Part shown: in pieces, positions 1 to 13,665 of the stretch
Numbering within the stretch: position 1 is the stretch's first letter
Layout of the letters: each line of letters starts with the position of its first letter
Assembly: GCF_026210795.1 (NCBI RefSeq)
Contig: NC_089432.1
Span: forward strand, 4,960,001 to 5,024,000
Direction: 5' to 3'
Length of the DNA: 64,000 nucleotides
From: Rhizophagus irregularis
Lineage: Eukaryota
The notes under the pieces: model-generated
Told to the model about the DNA's origin: nothing
Database searches by the model: none
What the model saw: only the letters and a program-made list of their open reading frames with translations
Translations under genes and position numbers: made by a program

Positions 1-933
1 ACTGTAGAAAGTTATTTAGAACTTATATATGGGCCTTTAATACCTGAGAATGAAGAAGAGAATGCTGAAGATAATATAAGTGATTCAAGTTCTGTTAGTA
101 GTGATGATGATATTCCAACTGCTGGAAATCAACATTGGCAACATACACAAAGCCAGAGTCAAGGACGAGGATGAGGACGAGAACAAGGACGAGGTCGTGG
201 TCGTGGTCTTGGTCGTGGTCGTGGTCGTGGTTGCGGCCATAGTCATGGTGGACATGGTCATATTTTGCAAAGACCAAATAATGAAGTTGAAGACATAAAT
301 CAAGTCGAATATCTTCCTCCGGTGAATAATCTTGAAGGTATTCTCAAGAAAGTTCGTGCAGCTATTTACCTTTCTTTAGAGACACATTGGAATGTGCCAA
401 GCGAATTATCATTGGTTGCAACAATATTAGATCCCAGAATGAAAAGCTTCCTATATGTGGAAGACTTACATCGTGAGGAACAAAAAACACAAGCTGAATC
501 TCTTTTAAGTAACCTCTATACTCAGCTCAAGCATGATTTGGAACTTCCAGAGGAAGTTAGATCACCCATTTTGGATGATGATGATGATATATTTGAAAGG
601 ATGTGGGCCAGTAACCAACAGTTAACACAAACAGGTAATAATGATAATAATGAAATTATGTGTTACTTGCGGTGTCCTGATGAACCGAAAAGTACAGATC
701 CTTTGGTATGGTGGAGGGATCATAGATCAAGTTATCCCATTCTATCAAAATTAGCTCAAAAATATCTCTCAATTCCCTCTACATCTGTACCAAGCGAACG
801 GCTCTTCTCTGACGCTGGTAATCACGTTTCTGCAAAAAGAACACGATTGGCTCCCGATTTAGTTGATCGAATTTTATTTTTAAAACGTAATAGTACATAT
901 TTTCCCATATTTCCACCTTTAGAGAACAAATGA
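1..933 (+). pseudogene. 3' part of hAT (ZBED1/Ac-like) transposase with C-terminal dimerisation domain; in-frame TGA at 172-174
   Basis: Frame 1 is open from base 1 except one TGA inside a GRGRGR tract; C-terminus PLVWWRDH..YPILSKLAQKYLSIPSTSVPSERLFS..RTRL is the hAT dimerisation motif including the catalytic Glu (SERLFS). Confidence 0.9.
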
Positions 934-1097
934 TTGATTTTAGTATAATATAATTAGGAAAACTTAGTATAAATAACATATATAATATGAACAATGTATA
1001 TACTATATGAATAATATAAATAAAATTTCATTGCGTTTATGGTCTAATCACAAAAGGTGCCAATTCGGGCAAATTTTTAGTTAATAAACTTCCGAAC

Positions 1098-1267
1098 GAA
1101 ACGAATGAAACCGGATATAATAAATCTGGATGAAACGAATGAAACCGGATATAATAAATCTGGATGAAACGAATGAAACCGGATATAATAAATCCGGATG
1201 AAACGAATGAAACCGGATATAATAAATCTGGATGAACGAATGAAACCGGATATAATAAATTCGGATG
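1098..1267. repeat. 34-bp subterminal tandem repeat, about 5 copies
   Basis: Unit GAAACGAATGAAACCGGATATAATAAATCTGGAT repeated head-to-tail with no spacers. Confidence 0.9.
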
Positions 1268-1414
1268 AAGCCGAAGCAACTGAATCTCTCCGGTGTTAAA
1301 TCTGAATCGGGAGAATCTGGATTTAAATCCGAATGTCGAAGGTCGGATCCAAACCCTACTCAAGGCAGATTTATTCATTGATACTGTCAATCGAATAATC
1401 ATGTGACCGACGAT

Positions 1415-1575
1415 CATGTTACGAATGTTGCAAATGTTACGAATGTTTAATATGTTAAACATGTTTAACATATGCAACATATTTAACATATATAACATAT
1501 GCAACATATAACACATATTTAACATATTACATTTGTTAAATATATAGCATTTATTTAATATGTTTAACATGATTA
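1415..1575. repeat. 9-bp-period repeats switching orientation around a 24-bp perfect palindrome
   Basis: ATGTT-type units on the left, AACAT-type units on the right; ATATGTTAAACATGTTTAACATAT at 1450-1473 is self-complementary. Confidence 0.7.
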
Positions 1576-2370
1576 GCATAGTTATTTTTGTTATAAATAT
1601 ATGTGTTCCAAGCCAATGTAAAAGACAGATAATTCTGTTATATTTTAATAAAAGCATTTATTAAATAAATTATCTCATTTTTTTATTTTTATAGTTTGTT
1701 ATATTTGTGAGTCATATTTGCGTCTGAGTGTATATGCCCGTGTGTGCAATACCGTATTCGCATTTGACTGAAATTTCATTTTATTTTATTGTGTAACCTT
1801 CGTAAATTGATCGACAGTGATATATTTACTAATATTTACATATAGCTATTTTCACTTTGCGTTCATTAATATTATTTAATATTTATTTTATTCAATTATC
1901 CTTCTGCTTACCATACACCCATACGCTTATTTTTATAAGCATACAAGAACTGGCTTAACAATACCCATGGAATAACAAGTATTTATCAATTTATCTCTAA
2001 CCACTCTTCATTATTTGTAAAAAAAAGTTCCTATCTTATCCTATTTTAAAAAGGTCTAAAAAGGTTAGATTATAAGCTTTAATCATTAGCAACGCTCGTA
2101 CTAAACCCAATCCAAATTTCAAAATTAACAACCTTAGGTTGTACACACAAAAGAAACTTTTTATTTAACCAAAAGAATTTTTTATTATGTTAAATAAAAA
2201 AAATTTTTTATACAAAATTTAAAATCTATGAATCTAAGTCGCCGCAGATCAATCTAATCTAGTTTAATACTGTAACACTTGTTATAAGAATGATTATTAA
2301 ACTTTAATAAAGTACTATATTCCATTAAAATGATATCGACAGAAAATTTGATTGATTGCATAAGAATTAA

Positions 2371-4681
2371 CTATGAAATTATTGAACTTTTTTGAAGTAC
2401 TTTTAATCTATTTTGTGCTTTTTGATATCCTTGTTTAGCAGATTTTTTATACCAATAAACCGCTTTATCTATATCTTTTTTAATTCCTCTTCCATATTCA
2501 TACATAATACCAAGATTATATGGTGCTACTTTATTACCTAAATCTGCAGATTTTTGAAATAATTCAAATGCTTTTTGATTATTAACGTTAGTACCAATAC
2601 CACAAATATAACAAAACCCTAACATTGTTATTCCATCTAAATCTCCTCCTTTAGCTGATTTCTCAAATAATTTAAAAGATTTATTATAATCTTTTTCAAC
2701 ACCTACTCCATCTTTATAACAAATACCTAAATTATATATAGCTATTATATTTTCATTATTTGCAGCTTTTTCATACCAATAAAAAGCCATTTTTAAATCT
2801 TTTTTAATACCTATTCCATCTTCATAACAACAACCAAGAAATATTTGTCCTGCAGTATAATCTTTATTAGCAACTTTTACAAAATATTCAAAAGCTAATT
2901 TTTCATTTTTTAAAGTTCCACGTCCATATAAATAACAAATACCAACATAATATTGAGCCAAAATTTGATTTTTTTTTGATGCATTAATGAATAAATTGAA
3001 TGCTTTCTCATGATTTTCATTTGTTTCAATTCCAAGATAATTAAAATATCCAAATAAAAATAAAGAATTTGAATTATTTTGATTACTGGTATTATTATTA
3101 TTTGATAATAACCAATTATAAATTTCTTTTGAATTGATATTATGATTATTAAAAAAGCTAATGGTTTGTTGTTTTACTAATTTTGATACAATTCCTTTAT
3201 TTAATAATTTAAAAATAAAATCATTAATTTCAGTAACTAGTCCATTATAAACTTTTTCAGATGATGATTTTATATTATTAATTTCTTTTGAATCTATATT
3301 ATCAAAATTTTCCATAAGTTCAGATAATTCTCCATGTGGACCTGGATTATTATTACTGCTTAAAGGAACCTCATTAAGTTCTTGTTTGCCTGATGATTGT
3401 TGATCTTCTATTATTGCATCAATTTTTGTAACGATCGCTTTCAACCAATCAACAACTTGAAATATGGTAGGACGATTATCTGGCTCACCATCCCAACATT
3501 CTGAAAAAATAATTTAAGATTAACTTTTACTAAATATAAATAATTAAATTTCAAAATTTTTACTTACTAGTATAAATATTTATATAATTTTCAGATGTTT
3601 CAGGAACAATAGATTCTCTAAGACCTTGACTAATTTCTAAAGCCAAACCAACATCATATTGTTCACCTTCATTATAGAAAGGAGGTTGACCACTAGACAA
3701 TTCCCATAATAATACGCCAATACTATAAATATCACTTTTTTCATTTAATGAATACATTGGCATTTTTTGATTATTATGACTATTTCTTCGAGTGTTAAAA
3801 CATTTTGGGTCAACATAAGGAACCATTCCAAATAATTTAGATTGAAAATTGGATGATGCTCCAATTCTTTTTGATAATCCAAAATCTGCTAATTTGATTG
3901 TTTTTTGATGAACTAATATATTATTGGAATGCTATTTAATTAAAAAAAAAATTAAATGAGATGAATAAATGAAAAATAATATAGTTAATAACTAAATAAT
4001 CATTATAAATGATTTTATAAATTACTGTACCAAATCACGATGAACAATCCCCTCATTATGTAAGCATGATACGGCGCAAGCTAATTGGTACGCCATATTA
4101 TATCTGTCATCCCAAGTAAGGTTATTATAATTATTTTTTAAATAGCTTCGAAGATTACCACTATCTGCATACTCCATTACTAACCAATAATTTTGTAGGT
4201 GCTTATTTTGATTTTCTAATAAAAGAATTACATAATTTTGTAAATAGAGATTTTTAATAATTTAACGTTAATTATTACAAGATATCTTTATAATACCTAG
4301 CTCATATTTTGTTATTCCATAGCAACGAATGATATTATCATGAAAATCGACTTTACGTTGAATTTTTAACTAAATAAATATAAATTTTTATGAATAAAAT
4401 GAAAAGTCATAAAATGGATTAAAAAATTTAATTACCTCACGAACAATTTCTTTAACAGTGACATTATTAAGATTAAAAAAAGATTTTAATGCAAAACATT
4501 TTTCTAGGTTTTTCAAATTTGCACGATACACTTTTCCGAAACCTCCAGTACCAATTTCTTGAAAGTTTCTAAAATCGTTATATTCGTAATAATTTAAGAG
4601 TTCTTTATCAATAGCTTCTTCAATCCATTTAATCCATTCATTTGTATTCTCAGTATTATGCATTTTAATGTTATCAAACAT
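2371..4681 (-). CDS. Kinase (TKL-like) plus Sel1-like repeat protein, copy K1, 5 exons, apparently intact
   Basis: Exons approx 4681-4436, 4369-4297, 4215-4031, 3931-3568, 3500-2371 with GT-AG introns; motifs [30 protein letters not shown]-terminal Sel1 repeats ([17 protein letters not shown]). Confidence 0.9.
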
Positions 4682-6888
4682 AGTGAATTTAACAGATAAT
4701 ATTAATGATAATGAATTGAAAGGTCAAAGTTTTATAAAATTTTTAATTAACTGAAATTATTCTATTTTAAGTATGTTATGCAAGATCTTCTTTGGATTAT
4801 AGTCACACTGTGTCACCAGTATCACCAACAGAAACAGTTGTCAGTCGGGACGATATATCAGCCGGTAAATTTTTTCTCAGAAAAAAATTATCACGTGATT
4901 ATCATCTGCATGTGTAGCCATGAACCCCTTCACTGGTTGAAAAGACGAAGATTTAACTAGCCGGTTAAAGAGTTGAAATGCATTAAAAAAGGAAAAGTCA
5001 AATTCTGAGACAATGGGAAAATAGATTATGTAAGCATGACAAAGCAATGATCTGCATCCAAAAAAAGGAAACCCGATGAGAACAAAATTTTATCGTTTAA
5101 CGTATTTGTTTCGTACGCTTCGTAGTGCTAAATATAGTTCCGAGACCAAACATATTAAAGGACATTTTATAATTTTTTTCATTTTTTTCATTTTTTTTAA
5201 AAAAAAATAGAATCTTAAAAAAAATTAGATTTTGAATTGCCATAGAATTACGACACATAACAATTTGATTAGTAAATTCATATTGCTAAATAAATTATTT
5301 AAAAATGGTATATTTTTTGTAATATGTAAAGTATAATTATAAGATAAAAAAATTGGTCATTCTATTATAATTATCATAATAAAAAATTGATTTAAATAAA
5401 TATGTTAATCATTATATATTGAAATGTTTGGAGGATACATACTGTAATTGAACGAGAAAGTTTAATACCTTTCATTACAGGTTTTATAAAATAACAATTT
5501 TGTTTCTACATTGTTAACGAGATATTTAATATTTTCAATTGCAGAAATTTTGCTTACAATGATAATTTTATTATTCCTGAAAATATAAATAATTATAAAT
5601 TTACATAAATTAAATAAATGGTTATCGTTATTGTAGCAAAATAATCAGAAGGTGATGATAGGCCAAATATGGGAACGATAAAAGTTTAAATAAATATAAT
5701 AAACCACTCAACCAATTAGGTTCCCTACCTTTTTTGCCAAACCTAGGGATTGAAAAGGAAAAATAATGATTATCGCCAGCAGGTTATTTCCTCATAGCTA
5801 AGAACGATTTTGAAATATTTTTTTTTCAGTCTTATCACTTGTAAAACATGTAAAGCGTTATTTTCTATTTCTTTGTCAACCGGCTCGTTCACCAAGTATT
5901 TCTTGGTTTTACAAAATTCCTTTCCACCAAGAAATACTGTATATAATATTTTATTGCGGGGACAAATAGCTTATTTTAACTATGTCACGTTCTCGTTCTT
6001 AAATTTCTCGTTATGAGTTTATCCGTTGAACGCAGTAATCCTTATGAATGACACTCTTATCACATGATTTAAGGTGATAATGGTTATTACGTATATTGTT
6101 ATTCGTCCATTTTTACTACATTTAAGCTTAAGGATCGCTTCACACACGCAGTCATTTCGATTTAAGTATTTTAGCTGGTAAAGTAATATCCATAAAAAAA
6201 TATCTGATGAGAAATAGAGTAGCAAGAGCAAGGGTAAAATTATTTACTTTTATTACATTCACATATGCGTACCGTATAGTAGTTATCGTTATGGCTTGAC
6301 GTTAATATATAATCCCGATTTACTGAATTCTACTATAAAAATCCTTTGGAATATTATTAATTTTTTTTCATACATTGAAACAATGACTTAATTAATAGCA
6401 AGGACAGGGATAAATATTAAAACATTTAGTCGTCATTTATTTTATTTTACCTTATTTTTTTTTGTATTAGTTATGTGAAAACCTTAATCTTGGCAAAAAC
6501 AACAGGTGATTTCATCGAAAAAAAAAATAATTCATTACTAAAAAAAAAATTAAAAAATTTAATACATATTAAACCAAAATATTCATGTTAAAAGTTTAAA
6601 AGTTTCAATAATAAAAGCTGCCATAGAATCTAATGATTTAGAAGAATATAGAAAGATTACTGAAGAATATGGTCAATTTACATACCTAAAAGAAGATGTA
6701 AAAAAAGGAACTGAAGAGAAGACCTAAAGAAATATCGGGTGAAGATATAACGGTGATCTGCTCATTATGTTGGCAAAAATCATATTATACTCAACGTAAA
6801 AATACAATATAAACATGAGCTCCATGTAAAATTTATGCCGTATAACCTACCAATGATACAAGTAACTCTTTGAACAATATTAACTCCA

Positions 6889-6916
6889 GACTTAATAACG
6901 GTTTCACGTTCTCTAG
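6889..6916 (+). mobile_element. Possible Helitron-like 3' terminus
   Basis: GACTTAATAACGGTTTCACGTTCTCTAG: short hairpin followed by CTAG; related copies on the minus strand at ~34809 and ~61372. Confidence 0.4.
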
Positions 6917-7472
6917 CCTAATTAATTTCATTTGCAAATTTATTATTTTTTTTAAAATGATTTTTTTGGTAATTATTATTTTTTTCTTTTTTTGTAATAT
7001 TACATACAATATACCTAAAATATACTTGAAGGCGATATTTTAATTTCCTCGTGCAAATAAATGATCGACAGAGTCCAGCTTATACAAAACTGCCTTATAT
7101 ATTGTACTATACCTACAAGATCTGGTTGATCAATATAATAATTGGTCAATATAAATAATCGGATTTTTTTATTGTGATAAACTTTTGGCACAGCGTACAG
7201 TATTGCGGCTAACTCCGAGCAATAAACAATAATCCGAGTTTGTATACCCTTCCTTTTTTGGATAATGCATTATGTTAATTATGATTCTGGAGAGATGCGT
7301 AGAAACGATCTCTTGTTACCTATTTATATATTACGCAGATATTAGTGGCGTTGTACAACTATTATTATAGAACAGAATTGCATAAATAGGCTTTTTTTTT
7401 CGTTATCGTACAAAATATAACTTTTACAATTTAATCCTATCGTTTATAAAATTTTTCTTATTATTATTCATT

Positions 7473-9017
7473 ATGTCTAATAATACAACAATACAAGATA
7501 CCGAAAATACAAATGAATCGAACGCTTGGATTGAAGAAGTTATTGATAAAGATCACTTAAATTATTACGATTACAACCAATTTAGTAACATTCAAGAAAT
7601 TGGTTCCGGAGATTTTGGAAAAGTGTACCGTGCAAATTTGAAAAATTTAGAAAAATTTTTTACGTTAAAATCTTTTTTTAATCTTGACAATATCACTATG
7701 AAAGAGATTGTTCGTGAGGTAATTAATATTAAATATATATATTTTTTTTACAATCCATGATTTTTATTGTTTTTTAAAAATTTAAAATTTAAAATTTATT
7801 TAGTTAAAAATTCAGCATGAAGTTGGTTTTCATGATAATATCATTCGTTACCATGGAATATCAAAATTTGAATCAGGTATTATAAATTACTTTAAAAAGT
7901 GTAATATTCTAAGTTTTATTTATAAAATCTCATTTCAATAACTGTTTTTTTTCTTAGAAGATAATGAACATCATATTAATTATATCCTGGTAATGGAATA
8001 CGCAGACAGTGGTAGCCTTCGAAACTATTTGAAGAATAATTTCGGTAAGCTTACTTGGAATGATAAGCATCATATGGCTTATCAGTTAGCTTGCGCTGTA
8101 TCATGCCTACATAATAAGGGAATTTCCCATTGTGACTTGGTAAACATATTTATTATAATGATAACGTTTATATTTTTATTTATTTATTAAAATATTTGTT
8201 TTTTTTAATAGCATTCTGGCAACATATTAGTTCATCAAAATATGATCAAATTGGATTTTGGGTTATCGAAAAGAATTGGAGCATCAATTAATTTTCAATC
8301 CAAAGAGATGATTCCTTATGTTGATCCAAAAATCTATAATAATAACAATAACCAAATAACACAAATGTTAACATTAAATGAAAAGAGTGATATTTACAGT
8401 ATTGGTGTGTTACTATGGGAAATTTCTAGTGGGTTACCTCCTTTTTATGCTAAAGATAATCAATATGATGTTAATTTAACTTTGGAGATTGCACAAGGTC
8501 TTAGAGAAGAAGTTGCTTTTGACACACCTGAAGATTACATAAAAATTTATACTAGTAAGTTTTAATTAATTTAATTATAATTTAATTATTACTTAACTAA
8601 TTTTGAATTATTTTTTCTTTTTAGAATGTTGGGGTGAACCAGATAATCGTCCTACTATATATCAAGTAGTTGATTGGTTAAAAGCAATTATTACAAAATC
8701 AAAATTAAAAGATTCTCAATTCTCAAACAATCAAAAATTTAATTCAAAATCAAAAGAAGAATTATTTCAATTTATCAAAAATTTTGATAAAATAAATATA
8801 AAAGAAATTGATCCTATAACAATAACAAATAAAAGAGAGAAACTTTTATTTGAAAAAGGTTATGATATAATAGTTGATGAAATAAATGATTATTTAATTA
8901 AATTAGCAAATAAAGGAATTGAATGGATATTATTAAGACAAGAAGTTATTAAATATTTTAATAATCATAATATAAATTTAAAAGAAATTTATAATTGGTT
9001 ATTAAATAATCAAGATG

Positions 9018-9049
<32 letters not shown>

Positions 9050-9739
9050 TCAAATATAATTTTTTTATTTGGATATTTTATATTTTTTGAAATTGAAACA
9101 AAACTTAATATTGAAAAAGCATTTAATTTATTTTTAATTGCATCAAAAAAGAATCATATATTTTCACAATATTTAGTTGGAAGTTGTTATAAATATGGTA
9201 ATGGTACTATAAAAAATGAAAAATTAGCTTTTGAATATTTTGAAAAATTGGCTAATAAAAATTTTACTTATGGTCAAGTTGAAATTGGTTTTATTTATAA
9301 AAATGGTATAGGTGTTAAAAAAAATTCAAAAAAAGCTTTTTATTGGTATGAAAAAGCTGCAAATAATGGTAATTTAACAGCTTTAAATACTCTTGGTCTT
9401 TATTATAAAAATGGTATTGAAGTTGAAAAAAATTATATTAAAGCTTTTGAATTATTTAAAAAATCTGCTAAAGATGTTTATCCAAATGGTTTAAATTCTT
9501 TAGGTTGTTGTTATGAATTAGGTATTGGAACTAATATTAATATGAAAAAAGCATTTGAATTATATCAAAAATCTGCAAATTTGGGTGATAAGGGTGCTCA
9601 ATATAATCTTGCTATGATGTATGAAAATGGAAAAGGTATTTTAAAAGATATAGATAAAGCTATTTATTGGTATGAAAAATCTGCTAAACAAGGTGATCAA
9701 GATGCACAATATGAATTGGATAAACTTAAAAATCAATAA
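7473..9739 (+). CDS. Kinase plus Sel1-like repeat protein, copy K2, divergent catalytic motifs
   Basis: Exons approx 7473-7718, 7804-7876, 7958-8139, 8212-8554, 8625-9739; frame stays open; GSGDFG, HCDLHSGN, KLDFG; poly-Asn tract from (AAT)10 at 9020-9049. Confidence 0.85.
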
Positions 9740-10095
9740 TTTATAAAAAAATTCAATATTGTAAAATTGTAATAATGTAATCAAACTAAATGTAATTCTA
9801 CTACAAATAGAATATAATGTTTTAAGATAAAATGAATAAATTAAATATCATAGATATGAAAATGTTTGAATCAATTTAGAATTTTTTTTTTCCTAAAAAA
9901 GTTTAAACTCAAAATATGATACAAAATTTCAGGAAATCTATATTTTCATCGCTTTCCATTTGGATTGTTTTATTATCTTTTTTTTTACTTTTATAAACCT
10001 ATAACTTGGTCTTATTTTTTTTTGACTTCATTTCAACTTTTTTATCTTTTGCTGTTCCTAGTGCATTTAAAATAGTATATTACTTAAATTACATA

Positions 10096-13000
10096 CCCTA
10101 TAAGAAAAAAATGTCCATAAGATGTACATAAAACAACTGATAAATAAGAGTCATTAATTAAACATAATTTAACCACCTTATGTATATAATTCAAACATCA
10201 AATACCTATATTTTAAACATAAAACATACATAAAAATGAGCCCATTTTGAACGAAATATGGTCATAATTTTGTCCATTTTATATCCGTTTTATATGCATA
10301 TTCTGTCCACTTTATGTACTAACTTTGTCATAATTTATCAATTTTATATTTATTATATGATCATATTTTATAAATTATTTATTCATTAAACATAATTAAA
10401 TGTTCAATTATTTATTTATCAAATGTATAATAAAATGTTGCTACTTACAAATATATTAAATTACAAACTATTCCACTATTTCTTTTGCTTGTTTACTTCA
10501 GTTGATCTTGGCGGATTTAACATTTTTTTTTGGTGTTTGTTCTATTTTAACCAATTTAGTATTATTCCTCTTACATCACATCACAACTGGAACCTACAAA
10601 AGAGAACAAATGAAACGTTAGAGAATGTTCATTAAAGGAGATGAATTCAAATAAAATAGTTCTTAATTCTCTCATCAAGATCTGAAATCTGAAATCTACA
10701 CGTCTAAAAAAAAGAGAAAATAAAAGTTAGAAAAGTTTCTAATTAATTAAATAAAAATGAAATTATGCATTGGAATATACGAAACTTATATTTTAAACAT
10801 CTCATGTGTTCCAGACTTGAAACCTACAAAAGAGAATAAATGTTAGAAAACACTTCTGATTAAACACAAAAAAATAAAGTTTTGCAATGAGTATTGCGAA
10901 ACTTACCATTTCCATTCTCCTATTAATCAAAAAGTCCAAAGCTTACAAAAAGATAATAGTTTCTTTAAAAAAAGAATATGTTTTAAAGTCTGAATTAAAA
11001 CTTTGAATCTAAACACCCAAATTGAAGGCGAAACCTACAGCAAAAGAAAATAAAATGAAATGTTAACAAAGAAGAAAGAAAAAATGGAATATTAATAATG
11101 CTTACTCACGTCCCAAGTAAATAAAATCTTTTCATTTTCATATACCTTCCAAATGTCCAGTTCCTATAAAAGAAAATAAATTGAACATTAGTAATATTTA
11201 CTAATGTTCTTAATTAAAAAAACTCCTCCTCTCACTTACTTTTTTAAATACTTTCTAAAGTATTTGTTGGTTGAATCCCTACAATAAAAAAAAAAGGAAA
11301 TAAAATGTTAATACTTCCAAGGGTCAATCAATCTCAAAGTGTTGGAGAGTAACTACGAAAATAAAAAAAATATTTTTTATGTAAAAAAAAGATCGGATAT
11401 CTGATGATCTAATGATATTACATCAAATATCTGGATTAATTAGATTCAGATCACACTTCTAGTCCGAAGAGAGACTTAAAAAATTTTTTATTGCTAGTAT
11501 TTCACATGAATCGTTCAGAAAGACAAAAAAATTCACCTAAAAAATATAAGAAAAACAAACAGTTAGTGATATTTATTAACTCACGTCCAGAAAACTGAAA
11601 AACTGCCTAAAAGGGAAAAAAATCGAAAACTTACGAAAATGTTGCACTATGAAACTACAAAAGAATCACCTAGAAAAAAAAATAGAAATGTTAAAAATGT
11701 TTGTCTAAAAAAAGGTAAAAGCACCCATAAGAAGAAGTTTCTTTAATAAAAGTATAAAGGGGAAAAGAAAGAAGGGAGAGAGAAAGAAATAAGAAAAGAG
11801 AAGGAAGGAAGAACAAAGGGAAAAAGAAAGGAAAACGTGTCTGTAGTCTATTCTAAATTATGTATCAGTACATGTGATATCTAACTTTTTTTAGTTGTAC
11901 ACAGTAGCTTGTGTAATGGAAAAGTTAGAAATAATATATGTAATTATATATACTGTATATAAAAAAAAAAATCACGTGGCATAGTGATTGATTAAACTTT
12001 TTAGATTTCAAGTTAAAACTCTTTTAAAAGTTTGATCGAACTGTTGAAACTTTCTTTTAATCATTTTTAATTTTCTTTTAAAGGTTTTGATCAAACTATC
12101 GAAACTTCTTTTTTTTGAAAAGTTTTGAGCTTTCAAATTTTTTTTAATTTTTTCTTTTTAATTAATTAATTATTTTTTTGATCAAACTGTTCTTTTTTAA
12201 AAATTTATTCAAAATTTCAAAAATTTTTATTCTTCTTTAAATATTATTAACATTTTACATTCTTTTAAGTGGTTCTTTATTCCATCTTTTAATAAACATT
12301 ACTGACTTTTTTTTTTCTTTTAAGACAGTTGGATAATTATATATATATATTCTTTATTTCTTTGAATTTCAGTGAGTTCTTCTTTATTTTTCTTTAAATA
12401 CTTTTAACAAAATGGTATTAATATTTTATCTTTTTTTTCCTTTTTTTAGATGGATTTATTATATCGAATGTCAATGAGATACCTGCTGGTAAGCGAAATT
12501 AATAGTAGGACTACTACTAGAAAGTAAGAGCCAGAGGAATGGCTGGAAGGAAGTAAGAGAGAGAAAGTAGGTGATATAATGTTACAGGGGAGCAAGTCCA
12601 TTTACTATTCTTTATCTGCGAACGAATTTAACAGAACAATCAGGTGATATTGTTGTCTAAATCAGGTTCCCACCTTGTTATAGTTGTGTCACCAGGGGCG
12701 CTATGTCAACGGAAATTTAGTACGTTGATCGCTTAAAAATCCGCGGCTATCCAATTATAACAAGAGGATTAATAGTTTTTAGATAATTTTATTTCAATAT
12801 AAATTTAAAATTAAATTCTACAACACATTTTATTTTAAAATACTTCTAGAATGAGCAAATTTTTCTTTTCTATAATTAATATGAATAATAACATAATTTG
12901 TCCATTAAGTTATATTTACGAATGTTGGTAAATGTACAAATAACGTATATAAGATATATAATATAATTTATGTATATTTTTAATGTACAAGTAATGTATA

Positions 13001-13195
13001 CAAAATGGCAAATCTATTTTTTTATGCATTAACATACATAATTTGTAAATTATTTGTGCTATTTAATGTACATTTTATGAACTCCAAAAAGATACAATCT
13101 TAAAATATGAGCAAATAATAGACAAATAATGGACATATATGACGTTATATGGTCAAATTATGTATAACTTATGAACAATTCATTTTTACATGCGC
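10096..13195. mobile_element. Degraded CCC-terminated (CMC/EnSpm-like) non-autonomous element
   Basis: Starts CCCTATAAGAAAAAAATGTCC, similar to the TIR of the 13425 and 28410 MITEs; TGTCCA/TGTACA-type repeats near both ends; right terminus eroded and uncertain. Confidence 0.35.
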
Positions 13196-13424
13196 ATGTA
13201 ATTCTACTAAAGTACCAAATTTATGTCAATATAATTTTTAAAAAAGCAAACATTATTATCTTTTTTTTCAACATTTAAGGTAAATAAGCAAGCAAAGTAC
13301 TTAAGCAGATTATATCAACATAGATAAACCCCATAAAGTTAGGTTTAGAAATTTTGAACATTGTTTAAATTAAACTTAAGTATATCTAACGTACCTACTT
13401 ATTCGAAACACAGCAGCCGCACAT

Positions 13425-13665
13425 CCCTATAAAAAATGTTTGTTCGATAAATATTCGGAATGGGGTCAATTTTCTGGACACTCGCTCGCTATTATACCAT
13501 ATTTGTTACAATTTAATACAAGATGTAGGGGATTGAGAATTTTTAACCTCATAAAAAACGTACAATATCATGATGAATGTCCAATAAATGTCAAGTAAAT
13601 GTTCGGAACGGGGTCGATTTCCGAACAAAAAACTGAACAATGTTTGGAAAACATTTTTTATAGGG
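13425..13665. mobile_element. MITE with 17-bp TIR CCCTATAAAAAATGTTT
   Basis: Perfect TIRs at both ends; 3-bp flanks CAT/CGT (one transition apart). Confidence 0.75.

Larger units (their letters stand above)
1..1358 (+). mobile_element. Right end of a hAT DNA transposon
   Basis: Transposase, then subterminal tandem repeats, then ...GGTCGGATCCAAACCCTA (reverse complement TAGGGTTTGG, a hAT-type terminus) ending at 1358; the left end lies outside the window. Confidence 0.7.

Noticed and set aside
80..303. Short ORFs with poly-V, poly-T or DH repeats
   Set aside because: Alternative frames of the GGTCGT tract within the hAT transposase.
1098..1267. 34-bp repeat array as CRISPR
   Set aside because: No unique spacers, eukaryotic context, and it sits where hAT subterminal repeats are expected.
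1037..1657. 206-aa minus-strand ORF
   Set aside because: Produced by two repeat arrays and crosses the transposon boundary.
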